Source: Lytechinus pictus
Lineage: Eukaryota
Assembly: GCF_037042905.1 (NCBI RefSeq)
Contig: NC_087246.1
Coordinates: forward strand, 61,814,001 to 61,878,000
DNA length: 64,000 nucleotides
Direction of reading: 5' to 3'
Shown here: in pieces, positions 38,203-51,714 of the stretch
Layout: the number at the start of each line of letters is the position of its first letter
How positions within the stretch are numbered: position 1 is the first letter of the stretch
Made by a program: the position numbers and the translations under genes
The notes under the pieces: generated by a model
Database searches by the model: none
What the model saw: only the letters and a program-made list of their open reading frames with translations
What the model was told of the DNA's origin: nothing

Positions 38203-40589
38203 ATTGAAATATCAGCAAATAGAAAAAGTCAAGATGAAAAGGAACAAGCATCCAAGCAGAAGGAGAAAGAGAAAGGAAAATAATATTAAAAAATGCAATA
38301 AATAATAAACCCAAGATATATTGAAGGAAAGAGTAATTAAAATCTTCAGATCAAACCAAACTTTGACACAAGATCAATTCACGCAGGTTTTGACGAGACA
38401 CCTCGAACGGAATGATTGAAGTACAAAATGATAAAGGAATTAGACATCAAACCCCAAATCTGACATACGATCCCAAAATGGCACATCCGCCAAACATGCC
38501 GATGAGGTAAAACTAGGGTAAATGGGATACCCCTCATCTCATCAAAATGCACACCACGTGCTGTTGAGGGTAACATACTTGACCGGGTAATGGCCTTGTC
38601 CGAATCCGACACTAGCTTGTCGAACCCTGTTGGCTTCCATAATGGGACATTTGGTACAAAATCAATAGAAGCGGGATCGACGGGCGCAGTTCTGATTTAC
38701 CCTGGCTCACACCTCGGCAGACGATGCACACCGTCTTCACGATCGATCATATCGAAAAGAGAGAAAGTTTACCGCTGCCGATCGGGAAATACAAGTCCTC
38801 TGTGGCTGCGGTGGCCACACTTGCAAACCTGAGAGCGCGGGTGCTCAAAACTGTTTGCAAGGTTCAAAATCAATATAGCACGAGACATTTTTGTTCCATC
38901 TGATGTTGACAGTTCGGGGGCACATGGACAAAACACCCACATCAGAAACATTCTTTGGAAGCTAAGGGTTGGTGAGAGTTTCTGGAAAGAAACAAGTGAT
39001 TTGTCAAGTTAAGGAGTGTCTTGATCAAACTTATTAGAAGAAGGTTTTTTTTAATAGAAAGATCACAAGTACGGATCACCATGACATTCTGGCTGAAACC
39101 AACACTGATACCAGAGTGTCATGATCGTTGCAAGAATACTTGGCAGTTATATATCTTTTTATTTTTAATTCCAGAGGGGAAAAAGTGCCTTTATTACTTT
39201 CGTATTGAATCAATATCAACTCAAAAAATATAGTCAAGTTCCCCCAAAAAAGGAACACAGGTTATGCCTACTGTTGAAACTCATTTTTAGAAATTGTTAT
39301 CACAACTGGATTTTATGTTAAAGATTAAAACTTAATTTCATTCAAATTTCACAAAAAGTTTCAATAAAAAGAAGAGTACGACAAAACGTCATCCAATTTG
39401 GGCAAAATATGAGTTTCTTACAAGAAAACATACAGCCTCTCATTTCTTGCTTGAAAAACCCACATAGTGCCCAATATATGCGTGCCAATTCATTTTTTCA
39501 CTTGATCCAGGGAATTTGATGATAAAGGCTGCATTTTGAGGTCTTTAGAATATGAAATCATTAAAATTCAATATTATTTCACCTCATAATATGGTCAAGC
39601 TCAGAGTAGCAACCAAAAGTTGTAGAGTTAGTGACCAACACTCCTAAATTTCATCAAATTGACAACCGATGTTTGCACTTTGCAGAAACTAGTATGACCT
39701 ATGATCCACCATCATACTTACTTCACAGCCACCACATTTTATATGTATGACTAACACAGAGAAATATGAAAAAGGAAATATTCTGTATAACCATCAAAAG
39801 AATTCAGAACACATCTTAACTTCCAAGAATGAAAACCTAGATACAGAAAGTAGATGAAAATTGTAAAAATATAAAAAATCAGATCAATACAGTTTCAAAA
39901 TTATATCACATTTTTCAACATACTTGGGAGATAAAGGCAATTTCTGACGATGCCTCCCTGTTCCAGTTCCCAATTTCCTGTGGAAATTGTTTTCTGAAAA
40001 GATCCGAGAAGATAAAGGGAAGGGGAGGAAACCGGAGATTGTGCATTCTCAAGAAACTCTTCCCGGTGCTTTGCCACAAAGAAGCTATCTAATGGAGAAG
40101 GCTACATCATCAGGAACATTATACCAGACATCTTACGGAAGAGTGAAAAAATTCTAAATAGGTTAATCTATGGATGTAAAATTAGGGAAAAAAAAGGGGA
40201 TGAAGAAAACAGCTATAAGATGAAGGAAAAGAAAAAGAAAAAAAGAAAGAGAGAGAGAGGGGTGGGTGAGGGGGATCTAGAGAGAGAGGTAATGTAAATA
40301 GAGAGTGAGAGATATATAAAGGAGTCAAAGGGAATTAAAGAAGGAAAAGAGGGGGGGGGGTGATATCTTTATTCATATGCTTTACAAACTTGATCCATTA
40401 TATTTTTCTTTCATACCAATTTACACTTTACATGAAGTGAGAACTGTTATATTAAAACATTTTTACTTTATAAAGAACTAAGCATTTATCCAACATATGA
40501 ATGGCCAAGGAGTGGCCACTTTTGATTTATCACCACATGTAATAAGCAAATAATCAGCGAAATACCCATTCGAGGTGAGCTGGATGTAG

Positions 40590-40900
40590 CTTTAATAATA
40601 AGACTTGTATTTCATCTTTCCATCTTGACTAGATGCTCAAGGTGCTGCAGAGCAGATATAATACATGTTTGAACAATAAGTCGATGTCTGTCAAAAAGTA
40701 CTCTTATACAGGTATGTTTTCAGGTTGCCCCTGAAAGTAGTCACTGAGGTCTGGGTTTCCAAACTCTGTGGAAGAGAATTCCACAGGTTTGGCCCTGCAT
40801 GAGCAACGCCCCCGTTCCCCCATGATTTCTTCAAAACTGAAATCTGTAAGAGATTAGATGATGAGGGTCATAAGGTTCTTGAGGGTTGGTAGGGTTGGCT
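40590..40900 (-). mobile_element. L2/CR1 LINE 3' end remnant
   Basis: Minus frame YQPSRTL*PSSSNLLQ...AGPNLWNSLPQSL...TFRGNLKTYLY matches the L2/CR1 ORF2 C-terminal motif (AP.LWN.LP...FK..LKT.L); tattattaa tail. Confidence 0.75.
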
Positions 40901-42949
40901 TTCTTTCTCAAGTGAAGCTGAGGAAAGTTAGTGTGTACATCCAGATTACTGAGGATGTTATAGTTTGTCTCGTCACTTAACAATAACATAAGCACTGGTG
41001 TACAGATGGGGGTCTCTTGCCTCTTGCCCCAACACCAACTTTTTCTTGACCAAGATAAAAAAAGAAAAGGAAAGAAAAGGAAAGAAAAAAAGAAAGGTGA
41101 AATGTGATATCATTTTCAGAATATTTTGTCAAAATATAACACAAAATTTGATTTTAAAGATGAAAATGTTGAAATTTTTGCTTGCTCTCAACTTTTATCA
41201 ATTTTAAGCAATACAGCATATCTAGCCCCCCTTTTTTTGGCTCATTATGCCACTGACATCAAGAGATGATTTTAATGCCATGTATTCCACATCCAAGATC
41301 ATTGAAGTATATAGGAAATAAACAATAAAATTCTCCAACAGATATTAGTTTGGTATTCATATCAATTCTTAACGATTTGATTAAAAAGTCATCACAAAAA
41401 ATTATATATTTTTATTCAATTATTGGAGTGAAAATAGAAATATTGAAATTTAATGAAACATTTAAAACTAAAGTAAATTTGAAAGCATGCTTTTATCATT
41501 CTCTCACTTGTACACAATGCCCTGTGTTTTGTAAAATTGTACAATAACTTAAAATCACCAAACTTCCTTTTTTTTACATCAAATATTATTCCAGTGTAAA
41601 GCTGGTTAGATGTTTATATATAAAAGATCTATTTGATATTGACGTACACATGAATTTGGAATATTATATTTTTGAGGGTGTGCAAGTTTTCATAAATGAC
41701 CTTTTACCAAACATTTCAAGCACTTGTAACAGAATATAGAAAATCACAATTTCTTGTACGTGATATGTTTCGCAGTATCAGACAAAAATATGAAAACAAC
41801 GTCAAGGATGACTTCTAGATTTTAACTAAAATCACATCCATTCGAAATGAATCTCTTTTGTCTGCAATGTACATCTATAGAAATTAAGAATGCATCGCAA
41901 TCGACCACGCTTCCTTGTCTTTTACCAGAACTACTCCCTGCCTGGCAAAAAAAACTTCTATTCATCAAAAGAAGTGATATGATATATAATGTTTTGGGGG
42001 AGCAGGATATCACGATATAGCATGAGTTCGATTTTCTCTTTGCTGGAAATGGAAGGAAAAATGTTTCTGTTTTTTTTGTTGTTGGAAATTGCATTAAAAA
42101 TTACCTTCAGTTATAATTGGTTTTTTGTTTGAAAAATAGAGGGATTCGATAGACAAATATCTCAGTCGTGAATTGTTAGTTGTACCTTTGGTTCAAGAGA
42201 GGGATGTCTCTCAAATTGCAAGAAATTCTACAATTAAATTTGATCTAAATTGTGACATACAGGCTATGTAAGGAGAAGTGCATATCTGAATGTATGTCAC
42301 ATTGAATCAATGAAGAGGGGAGATGAGACATTAAGATATATTGCAAAAGATATGATTTCAAGGATCTATTTTGCCTTAAATCTCGAACATTAGCTATCAA
42401 ATGAGAAATGCAACATTACAGATAAAAAGAGAAGCTACTTCTGTTTCATAATTTCATGCATGCAACTTTATAAAGAACAAACATTTAGTGTATCATTTGA
42501 AACAGTAATACATAAATCTTAACAACTTTCAGAACAATATATATTTTCATAAACGATTTAAAAAACAAAGGGCATTTGAAATGAAAACATAGTCAAGGAT
42601 TAGCCAGCATCTTCAGAATACCCCCAGAGGCTTTGTCAGAGTTTTTTCTGCATCACAATGTTTTCACATGATGTTAACATCAGAAAATGACACCCATCAT
42701 AATCCCATTAAAGAGAATATGTGCCTGAGGACATTCATATAATTGTCTAAAGTAATGTCATATATGTTTACCTAACACTGCAGCTGAAATAAATTCTTCA
42801 CTTGACAAGAACCATGCCAATCATAAGAAAGGTTATTTCTCTACACACGCCACTAATGATGATAAAAATAGATGTGAAACTGAACTGTGCATTAGAATTC
42901 ACTGAGCTTGAATAGAAAACATGTTATCTTTCCAAATTAAATTTGTTGT

Positions 42950-44300
42950 TATAAAATTAAACTATAATATTAAATTTAGTGCTTTCCATTTACCATTTGA
43001 AGATATCATATGTATAGTATACTGCTTATTTCAACCATCAAATATTCATAATTTTTCTCATTGTTCACTCAATTTCATTCAAACTTTCACCTGTAGATCT
43101 GCTTCATTGAATTTTCTTTTGAGTTCTGTGAAGTCTTGGTTTTATCTGTTAAATAATGTGCAATATCCTGAAAGTTTCAAATAATTTCTTGTTTAGATAA
43201 TTGAATTTCATTGAACTGCATTCAATTTTTTAATGAACATTTATCTTAAGTAGACTCTCTCTTTTACAGATTCCCTGTATCATATCATCATTCCAATCGA
43301 GATTTTACATAATTTCATAATTTTTCTTTAAAAACTTGTAAATTCACATATATTCTTACATCAATCAAAGTATTTTTATTCATTTTCACTAACAACAGCT
43401 TTTTATAAATCAAGCATTTGAAATTATACTTTGCTCTCTTTTCCAATATTTTCTCACTTTTTAAAAACAAAATGATAGAGGATCAATTATTTTCATAAGT
43501 TGTTTCTCGGTTGATTTTTATTTTTTTTACCAATATCAAATATCTAAATACAATTGCTATTTAGTTGGTTCATATTTCTATGATTATATCATATATTCTT
43601 GTTTGTAATTTGAACATTTCAGCCTGCAACTACTGACAAGATTATATCCTGATAATTTCATGTAATTCCACGCCTGAGGTTTTATATAAACAAGACATGA
43701 ACACGCACACAATCAAATTAAATTTTGATGTATAATCGGTAAAGTTACCAAAAAACCTCCCACATTTTATTTTTTTTTGAACTTACACACTATAACCATT
43801 TTGAGGCACATGCATTAATATAATGAAGTAATGAATTGGAATAGTGATATGGGGGGATTTACCAAAACTTAAGAAGGCTTTAAGCATATTATAACCGGCA
43901 ACAAATGAAAAGGCGGATACCATCTTCATAAGAGTGTGTCACCAGATACAATTGAGATTTCTTCTATATTTCATCTTTTCTGGAATGAAGTTTGAAAATT
44001 TACTTGTCATTCTTTCGAATTATATCTTTTTTCCTTATCATTGTAGTTACATCCTTTACACCCTCCAATTGTTTCTAATGAAATTTGAAAAATATTATTA
44101 TTGAAATTAATAGAGAAATTCCTACAACTAAATAAAGTGTTAGAACATATTTCGAACTGCTCCAAAATTTCCTCCACATCATAGTTTGGCATTGTTAATG
44201 GAAATACAACCTTCTACCTCTCATCGTAACATACATGCACTTAAAACATATGGAGTGCCACAATATGATGTATGTCACATCTTCATTCCTGGGGATATAA
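42950..44300 (-). mobile_element. Highly degraded LINE (RTE-like) reverse-transcriptase remnant
   Basis: Decayed motifs in the expected order on the minus strand: NYQDIILS (approx. NYRxIxLLS), KILEKRAKYN (approx. ILEKxxEYN), D-x-x-KA. Many stops and frameshifts. Confidence 0.45.
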
Positions 44301-45340
44301 GTATTGGAGGAACACCCTTGTTTTGTTTGAAATCAATTCTTCTCTGTCATCTCCGTCTTACATTTTATTTCTACACACAGTGTCAAGTCATGATCTATGA
44401 GATCATTGTTTGATATCTCTCAGTTATGACTGAATGGGTTTGCCATCAATACTAGACATAAAAGCCAAACCAATATAATGGCAGTGAGTCAAGCAAGGAA
44501 TAGTCTTTAAAACCATGGTCAATTGTGACCTCATTTGCGTACAGTTAGCAATCTATATATCTTTTGATAACAATAATAATACATCAATAAGTTAATAGAG
44601 AAAGTCTAAAACTGTCTTATTTTTTTTTATTTTGCCTGTTTTTTTAAATATTTTTCTTATTTTTTTGCCATGTTTTGCCTATACTTTCTTTTATCAATTA
44701 AACTCTACTCAGTTAGGGTGAACCTGGCCTTAAAAAAGTTAAGGTGCTCATAAAGGATTTTATCAATAATAACACTGTTTAACACGTTTAATATTTTCTA
44801 ACATGTATTTAAGATATATAATAAGAAATTACATTTACAACTACCCCCCCCCCACTTTTCCTTGTTCTCACGTTTATTGTTATTACGTTTATACTGATAT
44901 GGAATAACATAATAGGGGTAAATATCTGAAAATTATATATTTAGAACATGCTCTTCCAAGCAAATTGAAACCTCATCAACAGATATGCAAAATCAGTTAC
45001 GAATCATAACCATGGAATGATCAAATAACGTGAAATTCCAATTCTTTCCTGTGCTCACTGTTTTCCATTAAGTTTGTATCTGGCCATATTTGAAATGCAT
45101 ATAATGCCATCATCAGGGCCACTTCAGGATGAACAAAACAAAAACTCAGAAGAATCAAACGCATTTAAAATCTGATCTGTTTTCCAAATTAACCAACAAA
45201 GTTTAAAGTTGTTTTTCTCCACCCACTCAGAAATTACCTCAATTCCTTTTGCTGTCTTTTTCTATCGAAATGCAATAAACATACTGACAGAATGTAAACA
45301 TGCAAAAAATTGGAAATTAGCCAAAGCCCACTCTCAGTAA

Positions 45341-45475
45341 TACATTTTCTCTATGGCGGCCGTACGGCGAGTCAAAAACAGCCGTTTTATTCATTTTTAT
45401 TCAAACCATCTATATTTAACTGGTACAAAAAATGTTAAAACGGCTATTTTCAACTTGCCGTAGAGCAAATGTGAC
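45341..45475. mobile_element. Short MITE
   Basis: acattttctctatggc...aaaacagccgtttt pairs with aaaacggctatttt...gccgtagagcaaatgt. Confidence 0.55.
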
Positions 45476-45533
45476 AGAGGTATTAATTGGGAAGATAAAA
45501 CAATAAAATGATAAATGAGGAGAAGCAATGCAA

Positions 45534-46043
45534 GGCTGTATTCAATGTCAATTTTCATGTTTAAACAGTGCACATGAATCATGATTGAAAACTCAATTAC
45601 AAAGCACAGAACACAAATATGATCAGCAGTGCACTGTTCAGTGTAGCTGATTATTTGTTGATCGCCTTTAAATTTCCCACTTTCGTTAGCGTAGCTTTAG
45701 TGCGCAGTTTGACCCATCACAAGAAAGGTCAATTCTGGCACTGTTTGTACAAGCTTCCACTGTGAGAGCAAATTTAAAGACGTTTAAAAACTCAATCGTG
45801 TTCAATGTCACACTTGCGATACTGAAGGTCGTAAAATCTGAGCTGATCACGTTTACAAATGCATCTTTTTTCGACGTTAAATAAATTTTCCTCCGAATCA
45901 TGATTTGAAAGACGTTTACTTTTACGACCAAGAGCAAATGACATTGAACACACCCTTTGTTTCTCATTTATGCATCTTGTAATCGCTTTTACAGTCATGA
46001 TTCATGTTGCATTGTAAATTGAAAACTGACAATGAGCACAACC
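45534..46043. mobile_element. PIF/Harbinger MITE (copy 2 of the 28424 family)
   Basis: Shares blocks such as cacagaacacaaa..gatcagcagtgcactgttcagtgt and catcacaagaaaggtcaattctggcac with 28424-28953; inverted ends. Confidence 0.8.
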
Positions 46044-46199
46044 TAAGTCTAATGTTATCTAAAAAAATTGTTGAAAATACATGGGAGTGGGAGGGGGAGG
46101 CTGTGCATCTTCCAATATACATGTTATCTATTTACATTAAAGAAGATGAACAAAAAATAAAGATTACGGAGGAAAGGTAATAATTGCAAAAATCCTCAC

Positions 46200-46374
46200 C
46201 TTCTATGGGCTCAGGTGTATTGACTAGGTTTGCTATGACATCACCGATAAGCAACATCAAACAGATAGAGAAGACTCGCAGGACAAACCAAGATCTCTTC
46301 CATCTTTTCCATCGCTTTCTTCCCGTCCCAACCACCACCATCTCTAACACTTCTGTCACCTTCATGCTTGCCAT
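46200..46374 (-). CDS. SRCR receptor first coding exon (signal peptide)
   Basis: MASMKVTEVLEMVVVGTGRKRWKRWKRSWFVLRVFSICLMLLIGDVIANLVNTPEPIE: basic n-region, hydrophobic core, plausible VIA-N cleavage site. Donor GAAG|GTGAG is phase 1 and matches the next SRCR exon. Confidence 0.7.
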
Positions 46375-47862
46375 CGGTCAATCGTGTTTATCAGCAAACT
46401 CTGATCTCTAACCAAACAGCCGACTAGAGATCTACGGGCCACTGAGGTAATTCCATCTTGAATTCCAACACGGTTGGTCCAGTGAGCACGACTCAGCGGT
46501 CAGTGTTGACCGAGTGTCCTGTCCCTTGCATCAGAATGAGATAGGAGGAGAGGACGCTTTGCTGAACCCCTCACGGAGATTCACTGACCAGCGAGGATGG
46601 GGGAGAAAACAGGCTTTGTTTGCAGAGACTTGTTTTATTCTTTCACCCCGTTCTCTCACTTTCACGTTGAGGTGTGGAATGATGTGATGCTGTTTGGTCT
46701 CTGTCTCAATCCCTCATCGATTCTTTCACATCCAAAGACATTCAAGGAATTCCATGAATTACCACCTCAAGCCTCCTATAGACATGTGATGAAAGCTGAA
46801 GACTCAGCTGATCACTGACTGAAACCACACTCCTGTCACATCACAATTTTGTTTTAAAACCTTCATCTGCTTCGTATCTTTACAAGCAATTAATTAACCC
46901 ACACTTACGAGTTTCTACATTTTTTTTTAAATCACGGCAGCTACGCGATATGCTTCCCCCAACACCACCTCCTGCCAAGCACAAAAGATGGAGTCACAAT
47001 TAATCTGGGTAGAGATGAGACGAAGACACGAGACACCTGCTACTGATGAGGATTTTATCTTGTTTCTGCGGTGCAAGGAGTCAGATTACAGCGCACCACC
47101 TCTCAGTGCTGATCAGAGGTGTCATGCGCTACACCTCTCTCATCGTTGTATACAATCACAGAGAGGCCTGGAATGCTGACAGTTCATGAGATTGAGATGT
47201 AGGTTGCAATCTCTGCCTTGGGTTGGAAACGCAAGCTCTTTGTACTTTTCACCCTCCGGATGGTCTTAGGATGGTGCAGAGATGAGTTTTATATCTGAGG
47301 GGGAAAATAAACAGAAAAAAGGCTCATCATTAGTTAATGCGTGGAAGGAATGCTGTCAAGGACCCTGTTAACATTTAGCTTAGCGATTGAATGCGGGCCT
47401 GATTTTTACAATTGATCATACACAAACATTAATGCATTCAATTGTAGAAATTAGCCCTCTGATTGATCACTAAGCTTTAAGTTACAGGGCGCAGGAATCA
47501 AGGTGGCACTCTGTTGATGTTTCGCATGGAAAATCAAGAGGGAAAAGTTTACTGACTCTATCCTGCAAGGATTAATGTATCAATGAAAATCTCCCAGGCA
47601 GAGTCTGAAGAACCCAGCAAATGTGTGGTTGGGAACAGGGGAAAATGAGAGACAGCAAATCTGGAATGACCACACAAAGGGATGATTCTGTGGGGATAAG
47701 AGGGTATTGACAAGGATTGATTATTCAACAACTTGGTAAATACCTGGGGAAACTTGGAGTGCAGGTGTAAAGAAAGAAACAAGGGGGGAGGGACTAATAG
47801 ATGAGAGAAAAAAAACACAGAGAAAGTATTAGAAGAATTGTAGTCAATGCAATCAATCATAG

Positions 47863-49028
47863 AACTAGCACATCAATGATGTGGAGCTCATCTGGCATCT
47901 CGCTATGAAATTTAACACAATTTTAATTTCAGCCCAGTTGACACTGTAGTGAATTACATTGGTGACATAAATTGAGGATATATAATTGAAATTGATGAAG
48001 AAATGACATAGAAGCATTTTTTGTGATCTATGAATAAATTTCATATAAATTAAGCATAAATAATTTTCTAGTCGAAATTTCTAAACTCTGTGTAGAACCT
48101 TGGTGAACCTCATGTAGCTCTCAGATGGAACAAAAATAAAGTGGAATTTTCTGTGATTTATGAATACATTTTGCATAAATTGGTATAAATAATTTTCTAC
48201 TGAAAATGTCAAAATTCTATGCAGAAGTTTGGTGAACCTCATGAAGTTCTACCAGATGGAAGAAAAAAAAAATCAAAATCGGTCGACAATTAAAGAAGAA
48301 GAAGCATTTTATCAGAATTTTTAAAAATATGCATAAATTAGCATATTTTATGAGTTTCAAAATTCTGTGTAGACGGTTTGAATCCCCCACCTAATGCTAT
48401 CATATAAAGCAAACAGAATTGAAATCAGACTTGAAATGATGAAGCATTTTGAAATTCAGTCAACAATTAAAGAAGAGGCATTTTCTGTGATTTATGAAGT
48501 TTGCATAAATTAGCATAAATAATTTTCTACTCCAAATTTAAAAATTCTGTGTAGAAGTTTGGTAAACCTCACGAAGCTCTACCTGATGGAAGAAAAAAAA
48601 ATCAAAATCGGTCAACAAATAAAGAAGCATTTTAAGTTAATTTTTAAAAATATGCATAAATTAATTTTGCATAAATTAGCATAAAAATTGTTCTTGTCAA
48701 AATTTCAAAATTCTGTGTAGAACTTTGGTGAACCTCATAAAGCTGTACCAGATGGAAGCAAAAAATTCAAAATCGGTCAATAAATAAAGAAATAGAAGCA
48801 TTTTGAAAAATGTGCATAAATTAGCATATTTAATGACTTTCAAAATTCTGTGTAGAAGTTTTGAATCCCCCACCTAGTGCTATCATATAAAGCAAACAGA
48901 ATTGAAATCAGACTTGAAATGGCGAAGAAGAAGCATTTTGAAATTGTGGACGGACGACAGACGCCAGACGACGGACGCCACGCCACGGCATAAGCTCATC
49001 TGGCCCTTCGGGCCGGATGAGCAAAAAA
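47863..49028. mobile_element. Helentron-associated / Tsp-pearl-like element with internal tandem repeats
   Basis: Internal repeats (gaagcatttt...gcataaattagcata...ttctgtgtagaa..ttggtgaacctc), a (gacg)n microsatellite, and a terminal hairpin gctcatctggcccttcgggccggatgagc; inserted in an A-run. Confidence 0.75.
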
Positions 49029-49121
49029 TGTTCTATGATCATTGCTTAGCTTTGTGTTACGGGCCCCTGGTAAGGACATAAACAACACAAATGAAGAATA
49101 GAAAAAAAAAGACAAAGAGAG

Positions 49122-49712
49122 CCCGGGGGGCCACTTACATTGACGAGTGGATACCATGCGCCACCAAAAAACACGTAAGAAGGATGTCTTTTTCAAGATA
49201 GGGCACGTTACGTACGTAACGTAATAAGGGTGTCAAAAACACTAAAATAATGAAAAAAGGGTATCTATTTCGCTAGGAAAGCTACGTGTTTAGTGTCAGA
49301 TCTGCGAGGGTATAAAAAATTAAGACTAAAATGTTTTAAAAAGGATGTACTTTTTGCCCCAACAGTCAACACTACGTGTTTAGAGTACGATTTGTGTGAG
49401 GTGTGGGAGGTGGGGCGGTACTATTGGTACAACTAAACCCAATGATGTAGGTAAAGGTAAAACCGACGACCGCAGACGACCAACGTCCGTGACATAACAA
49501 TTACTTGTTTAGGGGTTCAATTCAGGGAATTCTTGCCAATAGTATCGTTTTGTTTCTAATACTTGTTAAGGGTAGGGTTTCACACGCCAATACTTGTTAA
49601 GGGGTGCATTTTCAAAATATAGAAAATATGTGTTTAGGGTGCTTTTCAAGACCCAATGGTCGCGCATGGTATCCACTCGTCGATGGAAGTGCCCCCCCCC
49701 CCCCCCCCCCGG
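49122..49712. mobile_element. MITE with CCCGGGG termini
   Basis: cccggggggccacttacattgacgagtggataccatgcgc pairs with gcgcatggtatccactcgtcgatggaagtgcccc...ccgg. Confidence 0.85.
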
Positions 49713-51714
49713 AAAGAGAGTGAGAGAAGGGGGGGGGTGGGGAGGTAAGAGTTCAGAGTGGGAAAAGATTGGAGAATATGGATAAGAGATAACCTAAATG
49801 GAAAACAAGACAGCTAAAATTACGAAAAACAAATTTTACAAATCTAATATGTCTCTTTAGGACAGGAAATTGGCTTAAGAAGATTTTTCCACAACATTCA
49901 GAATCTACCATCCTTTCTGCCCTACATTTCAAATACTGCCACAAACTTATGCAGCCTTATATTTGATAATTTTCAAGTGGTTCTTTATTGAGGCATCCAA
50001 AAGGAATAAAATAATGATGAAAAAGAAATTTGATATATTAATGAAATATTAGAAAAGTAGAAAATACTGGAATGAAAATGTTCAAGAAAATAACAATGAG
50101 AACAGCAGCAAAAGAAATTGTAACCAACAAAGTAAAAGAGAAAAATATACTGAACATACTTGGGATTGGTAAACAATTCTGAGTTGATGATACTTCATGT
50201 ATTGAGTGAGAGAGGAAAACAGGGTATGATGTCATGGATCCCTACATGTACTGCATACTTAACACGACAAAATAACAAAGGAAAAATACTCTTCAATACC
50301 ACATGTTCCTTCTGTTTGAATATTCGGGTTAACGATTCTTTGGCTCTCTAAATGATATTTTCAAACCAAATGAAGTGGTTTTAAACGATGCTCACATTTA
50401 CTCGAAGTTATTTTCCATGAATAAAAATGAGAAAAACAGTGCACATGTTTACTTCTTATACTCTGTTTTTCTCTTGTAGGTAATGTAGATTCATTCAGTA
50501 ATTGTTGAAAGTTAGGTCTTCACATACTCCCACAATCCTTGGTGAAAAGAGGCATTAATCCTTAACAAAAACTTACAGAAAGGAGACAAGAAGACAGTAG
50601 ATATTGAGAGACGCCTTTATACATCAGTCATCCCAAGTCTCATGAAAAGACGACACCTTTAATCAGTGTTAATAGAGACACAAAGAATACAATTCATCCA
50701 AGTGAAGGCTCCCAGGCAATATCAACATCCAACAGACGAGGAGGAGAAGCAACACGGCAGGGGAGATAACATTGATGAGTGTTGTAATTTGGAGGGATAT
50801 AATAGACAAATAGAAGTACATCATGTCTCTTGCCCTCCTGCCGACGAGATGCCACAATGATATGGTTTTAATGCACTTTAACAAGTATGAGGAGTCGGGG
50901 TGCTGTTTTACTCCATGTGAAATTGATGGAGAATTATGAGTGCTTGTGAGGGGTGATTATGGTATTGCCTTTTGTTTTTATTATAAAAAGCATTGGTGGT
51001 AATGAACTAAAGTTCATTATCATGAAAGGCTAGTGGTTCAACAACTTTTTCCTGGGACATAAAATTTACCAAAGGCAACAAGTAAGCATTGACAAAATAA
51101 AGAAATATCGAACTGAACATAAGCTCTGAAGTGCAGGCAAAGAATAAGGATTAATCAGTAAAAATTTAAGTTAGATCCCAGAAAACTGTTTTGTAATAAA
51201 TGAGGTTTGTAATTATTCTGAAAAAATGCTGTGATTAATGAATGATTCTGAGTATACTGCAGTCGACCAATCTTGCAGGATTATCACAAATTACCATTTT
51301 GATCATCTAGTCTCACACAAGTCTTCAATCATCAGTTTCCTGGTTTCATACCATTTGGATCATTTATCTTATCATCCAATTCTCATCATTCTCCATCAAT
51401 CACATAAATATATAGTTTTCCTATTTGTTCAATCAATAACTCGAGTGTCTTACACTCACAGCCTTCTGTTACTACAACAAAATATACATAGTTCTTCTTA
51501 CAAAACTTCTCTTAAAAATTAGATGACCTTTCATTATTCCACACTCCTCTTTATCTGTCAGGAGGCAAACACAGCTGGCCTGAGTAGACATAAGAACACA
51601 TGATGATGCAGTAAATGTCGTTGTAGCTCTACAGATGATTAAAGTGAACAAGGATGAGAGATACTTGAGAACTAAAAGACAAAGAAAATTAGTCCTGAAG
51701 ATGATGAGGCACTA

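Larger units (their letters stand above)
15967..46374 (-). other. Gene model: type I membrane scavenger-receptor cysteine-rich (SRCR) protein, SP + 4 SRCR + TM + PPxY tail, about 698 aa
   Basis: join(46374-46200, 33359-33030, 20523-20179, 19636-19214, 18468-18353, 17767-17524, 16430-15967) = 2097 nt. All junctions are GT-AG with compatible phases (1,1,1,1,0,1). Additional small exons in the two ~12.5 kb introns cannot be excluded. Confidence 0.8.
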
